Shown piece by piece: positions 60,742 to 64,000 of a stretch of 64,000 nt of DNA. The notes beneath the pieces were generated by a model. That model saw only the letters and a list, made by a program, of their open reading frames with translations, was not told where the DNA came from and ran no database searches. Position numbers and translations under genes: made by a program. The first letter of the stretch is position 1. Each line of letters begins with the position of its first letter. This stretch comes from an uncultured delta proteobacterium (GTDB taxonomy: Bacteria > Myxococcota > Kuafuiibacteriia > Kuafuiibacteriales > Kuafuiibacteriaceae), in NCBI GenBank assembly GCA_963803435.1, contig CAWDML010000005.1, forward strand, positions 1-64,000. The letters are read 5' to 3'.

Positions 60742-63700
60742 ATGTTGCACACCGCATTGGTCGTTAGCCTGGGCGCGGGCCTCGTCAGCCAGGTCACCTA
60801 TCCGGACCAGATCGACATTCTGCGAGGTGCGGACACGACGCCTCAGATCGAGCTCGTCCTCGATACGTCGGGCTCGATGGACGCCGGTTGGGGGTGTTTC
60901 CCCAGCGTCTGCAACTACTACTACGGGACGCGTCCGGCTCCGGGAGCGCTCGGGGGCTCGGACCTGGAGCGTGACTGCAACGGCGCCGCCAACGAGCTGT
61001 CGAAGAACGACCAGATCAAGGCGGCCCTGACGGGCTGCACGCGGTTCGACGACGGCGTCCTCGACAAGTGGGACCAGCGCGTCCTGTTCTCGGTCCGAGA
61101 GTTCGGCGGTGACACCTTCTCGGGCGGCGTTCGGACCGGTCTTCTCGTCAACTTCGATCCGACCTTCGCGAACCACGCCGGCCTCGAGTCGGCGGTGCTC
61201 GGTCTGCGAAACTACGGCGGAACGCCGCTGGCCGAGGCCTACGTGCTGGCCGGCCAGCACATGAATGCGTTCTTCCGGGACACCAACACCGAGCAGTGCC
61301 GGCAGAACTACATCGTGTTGATGACGGACGGCGAGGGCAACGGCCCGAGCGCGACCGCCAACTGGATCACGAACCTCGGCGGCGTCACCATCAACGATGC
61401 GGCCACCTGTTTCCCGAACCTGTGCGGCGCCCCGTACACGCCGCCCTTCGCCGACGCGGTCGCCGCGTACATGTTCGACGGCGTTGGACCGGGCGTCACG
61501 GCGCTGGGCAATACCATCGACAACTCGGTGACGCCGAACCTGAGCATCCCGGTGAGCTCGGGCATCGGGCTCGACGCGCTGATGGGCGTGACCGGCGTCC
61601 AGCCGATCCGCACCTACACGATCGGATTCCAGGCCCCGAGCAACGCGCAGGCGCTGCTCTCGGCCATGGCGGTGGAGGGCGACGGCAACTACTACAACGC
61701 GACCAACTACCAGCAGCTCGATCAGGCCTTCACGGACATCATCACCAGCATCGTGGCGCGTTCGAACGTGACGTTCACCGCCGGCAGCGTCCAGACCGAC
61801 GGTATCTTCTCGGGCAACTACATCTACAGCAGCGCGTTCAAGCCGGTGGATGCAGGGAACTGGCTGGGAACGACGCGGAAGTACTGCATCGTGCCTCCGA
61901 CGCCGGCCGACACCTCGTGCATCTTCTACTACCCGTCCGGCAACGTGAACAACGGGCTGCACACCAACCCGGCGGCCCAGGACATCTGGTCCGCGCAGAT
62001 CGGTCCCGGCGTGCAGGTGCAGGACGCGACGCAGGGCGGCTCGGGGCTCCGGATCTGGAACGACCTCCTCAACGTGACCGCCCAGACCGATCCTCCGCCG
62101 GCGACCAACCCGCTGGGCCGGCGGACGATCCTCACCTGGCGCCACGGTGTAGTGGGCTACGTGCCGGTGGACGGGACGAATCTGACCACCGCGGACACCT
62201 GGACGAACAACCTTTGTGAGCACTACTCGCTGCTCAACAAGCTGCACGGGTATACGTACGACGTCGCCGACTGTCCCGGCGGCAACTACGCGCCCATCAA
62301 CGTCGAGCAGTGGCCGGAGGGTGACTCGATCAACAGCGGCAACGTGGTCATCAAGTACACGAAGAACTGCGAGAGCGCGACCGATCGCTGCTACGTGGCC
62401 ACGGTCGCCAACGACGGCATGCTACACTTCTTCAACGCATATTCCGGGATCGAGACCTCCGCGATCATCCCGGCGGATCTCTGGCAGCCCAACTCGATCG
62501 CGCACAACACGCTCGCCGAGATCATGCTGCAGCCGAACCTCGAGAGCTCCCGCAAGTTCTACTTCGACGGTCGACTTCGCCTGTTCCACGACGACAACGG
62601 TGGTGTCCCGTTTGTCGCGGCCAACGCTGGCAACGGCGTCATCGACCCCGGTGAGCCGGCGCAGTTGATCGCGCCCCTCGGCCGCGCGGGCGCCGCCATG
62701 ATCGAGTTCTCGATGATGCAGTTCAACGGCGTTCCCGACGACACGAGGAACCCGCCGCGCGCGCTGTATCCGGACCCGACCACCGGCTATCAGAACCTCC
62801 AGGACACCTGGGCGGCGCCGTGGATCGGACGCTTCCGCTACCAGGGCTCCGACCGCGCGATCGCGGCCTTCTCCAGCGGTCACCGTCGCGAAGAGGACGC
62901 CCCCACCGCCCAGATCGGCGCCGTGCTCTCCGGCTCGGGCCGACCCGGCGGCCTGCTCGATTCGCCAGGCAGCCCGCAGGGACAGACCTGCAACGCGGCC
63001 AGCAGCGACGCCAACTGGACGGGCGTGAGCAGCGCGATCTGCGACCCGATCGCCGCCGCCGGCCTCACCCCGCAGACCTGTGTGGCGTTCAACAACAACA
63101 ACGCGTGCGCGGGCTACGTCCTCGGCCTGTTCGCCAGCCCGTGCTGCTACGACTGGTCCGGCTGGGCGGCCATCGCGCCGCCGCCGTGGGACTTCAGCAC
63201 CACCGGCGGGAGCGGACACTCGATCATCTACGGCCCGATCTCCTGGCAGAACGGCGGCGGCCAAGTCGGCGCGGCCTACCGGGTCGGGTTCGACCGCTTG
63301 ATCCTGCAGCCGAACGACTACGTCGCGGTTCTGGACGGCCAGCAGCACGAGGTCGGTCGCATCACGGGGAACGGAACGGACCTCGCGGCGAGCGGCACCA
63401 TCTACACGCCGTGGGTGAACGACGCGAGCTTCTATCTCCAGCTGCGAACGGACGGGATCGACGACGCGGACTCCTTCCTCGCGCCGTTCAACATCAGCGA
63501 CTTCCAGTATGTTCGTCGCGCCACCACTGGAGCCGTCGGCTCGCTCTCCTACCCGACGATCTACCTGGTGGACGTGAACCGGTGGAACGGCCCCAACCTC
63601 GACGGCTCGGGCGGGCAGGGCTTCTCGAGCGTTCCGACGGCGGGCGATGCGCGCCAGGCCGACGCGCTCCTTGCTCGCATCACCAGCCGCTGCTCGGGGA

Positions 63701-64000
63701 CGAACGGGCCCAACGAGACCTGTGTCGACGCGACGACCAACGCCAACACCGCGGACCTCCAGTACATGGTCTGCGGGGTCTCCTCCGAGCTGTCGGTCTA
63801 CACCGAGGGCGATCTGCTCCGGTCGATCTACTTCATGGATCGCTGTGGTCAGATCTTCAAGGTCGACTACAACCTGCGGAATCTCGCGAATCCGTGGTCG
63901 GCCCGCCGGCTCCTCACGGTCAACAACACCTCGGGCGGAGCGCCGATCCTCGGCAACTCGAAGGACCACCGCCAGGGCTTCACGCAGCTCGAGCTGGTGC
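60742..64000 (+). CDS. pilY1: PilY1-like type IV pilus tip adhesin with N-terminal vWA domain; 3'-partial
   Basis: Open from ATG 60742 to the window end (absent from the ORF track because it has no stop). MIDAS LDTSGSM, GTPLAEA, IVLMTDG, TYTIGF; PilY1 propeller motifs ANDGMLHFF, FYFDG. Confidence 0.82.
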   Translation, partial: MLHTALVVSLGAGLVSQVTYPDQIDILRGADTTPQIELVLDTSGSMDAGWGCFPSVCNYYYGTRPAPGALGGSDLERDCNGAANELSKNDQIKAALTGCTRFDDGVLDKWDQRVLFSVREFGGDTFSGGVRTGLLVNFDPTFANHAGLESAVLGLRNYGGTPLAEAYVLAGQHMNAFFRDTNTEQCRQNYIVLMTDGEGNGPSATANWITNLGGVTINDAATCFPNLCGAPYTPPFADAVAAYMFDGVGPGVTALGNTIDNSVTPNLSIPVSSGIGLDALMGVTGVQPIRTYTIGFQAPSNAQALLSAMAVEGDGNYYNATNYQQLDQAFTDIITSIVARSNVTFTAGSVQTDGIFSGNYIYSSAFKPVDAGNWLGTTRKYCIVPPTPADTSCIFYYPSGNVNNGLHTNPAAQDIWSAQIGPGVQVQDATQGGSGLRIWNDLLNVTAQTDPPPATNPLGRRTILTWRHGVVGYVPVDGTNLTTADTWTNNLCEHYSLLNKLHGYTYDVADCPGGNYAPINVEQWPEGDSINSGNVVIKYTKNCESATDRCYVATVANDGMLHFFNAYSGIETSAIIPADLWQPNSIAHNTLAEIMLQPNLESSRKFYFDGRLRLFHDDNGGVPFVAANAGNGVIDPGEPAQLIAPLGRAGAAMIEFSMMQFNGVPDDTRNPPRALYPDPTTGYQNLQDTWAAPWIGRFRYQGSDRAIAAFSSGHRREEDAPTAQIGAVLSGSGRPGGLLDSPGSPQGQTCNAASSDANWTGVSSAICDPIAAAGLTPQTCVAFNNNNACAGYVLGLFASPCCYDWSGWAAIAPPPWDFSTTGGSGHSIIYGPISWQNGGGQVGAAYRVGFDRLILQPNDYVAVLDGQQHEVGRITGNGTDLAASGTIYTPWVNDASFYLQLRTDGIDDADSFLAPFNISDFQYVRRATTGAVGSLSYPTIYLVDVNRWNGPNLDGSGGQGFSSVPTAGDARQADALLARITSRCSGTNGPNETCVDATTNANTADLQYMVCGVSSELSVYTEGDLLRSIYFMDRCGQIFKVDYNLRNLANPWSARRLLTVNNTSGGAPILGNSKDHRQGFTQLELV

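Noticed and set aside
59923-62247. 774-aa - strand ORF
   Set aside because: The portion above 60525 is the antisense shadow of pilY1; only the MYXO-CTERM part is retained.

Overview
High-GC chromosomal window, most likely from a Myxococcota-type bacterium (MYXO-CTERM protein, PEGA Ser/Thr kinases, FHA and REC sigma54 activators, a fimU-pilV-pilW-pilX-pilY1 cluster). It spans the replication origin: recF-dnaN-[oriC]-dnaA on the - strand and rpmH-rnpA-yidD-yidC-jag on the + strand. Other housekeeping genes are hemE, hemG, tsaD, rsmA, infA, fni, rnhB, uvrA, nadA and alr. At least five otherwise intact genes carry single-base frameshifts, probably assembly errors. Two regions stand out. (1) A 1.42-kb cassette (26859-28280) bounded by ~70-bp inverted repeats that end in CTAG and contain (GGGACC)n tracts; it encloses a truncated IS1182-family transposase and a decayed four-helix-bundle (IVS/Avd-like) gene, and abuts a third head-to-head terminal repeat. 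(2) In place of the usual mnmE-mnmG-rsmG-parAB genes after jag, there is an HTH/coiled-coil gene, a second DnaA-box cluster, a ~4.2-kb gene-free tract with three parS sites and a 244-bp tandem duplication, and a small double AT-hook-like protein. Together these form a candidate origin-organising module. All calls come from reading the sequence and motifs by eye; no database searches were run.
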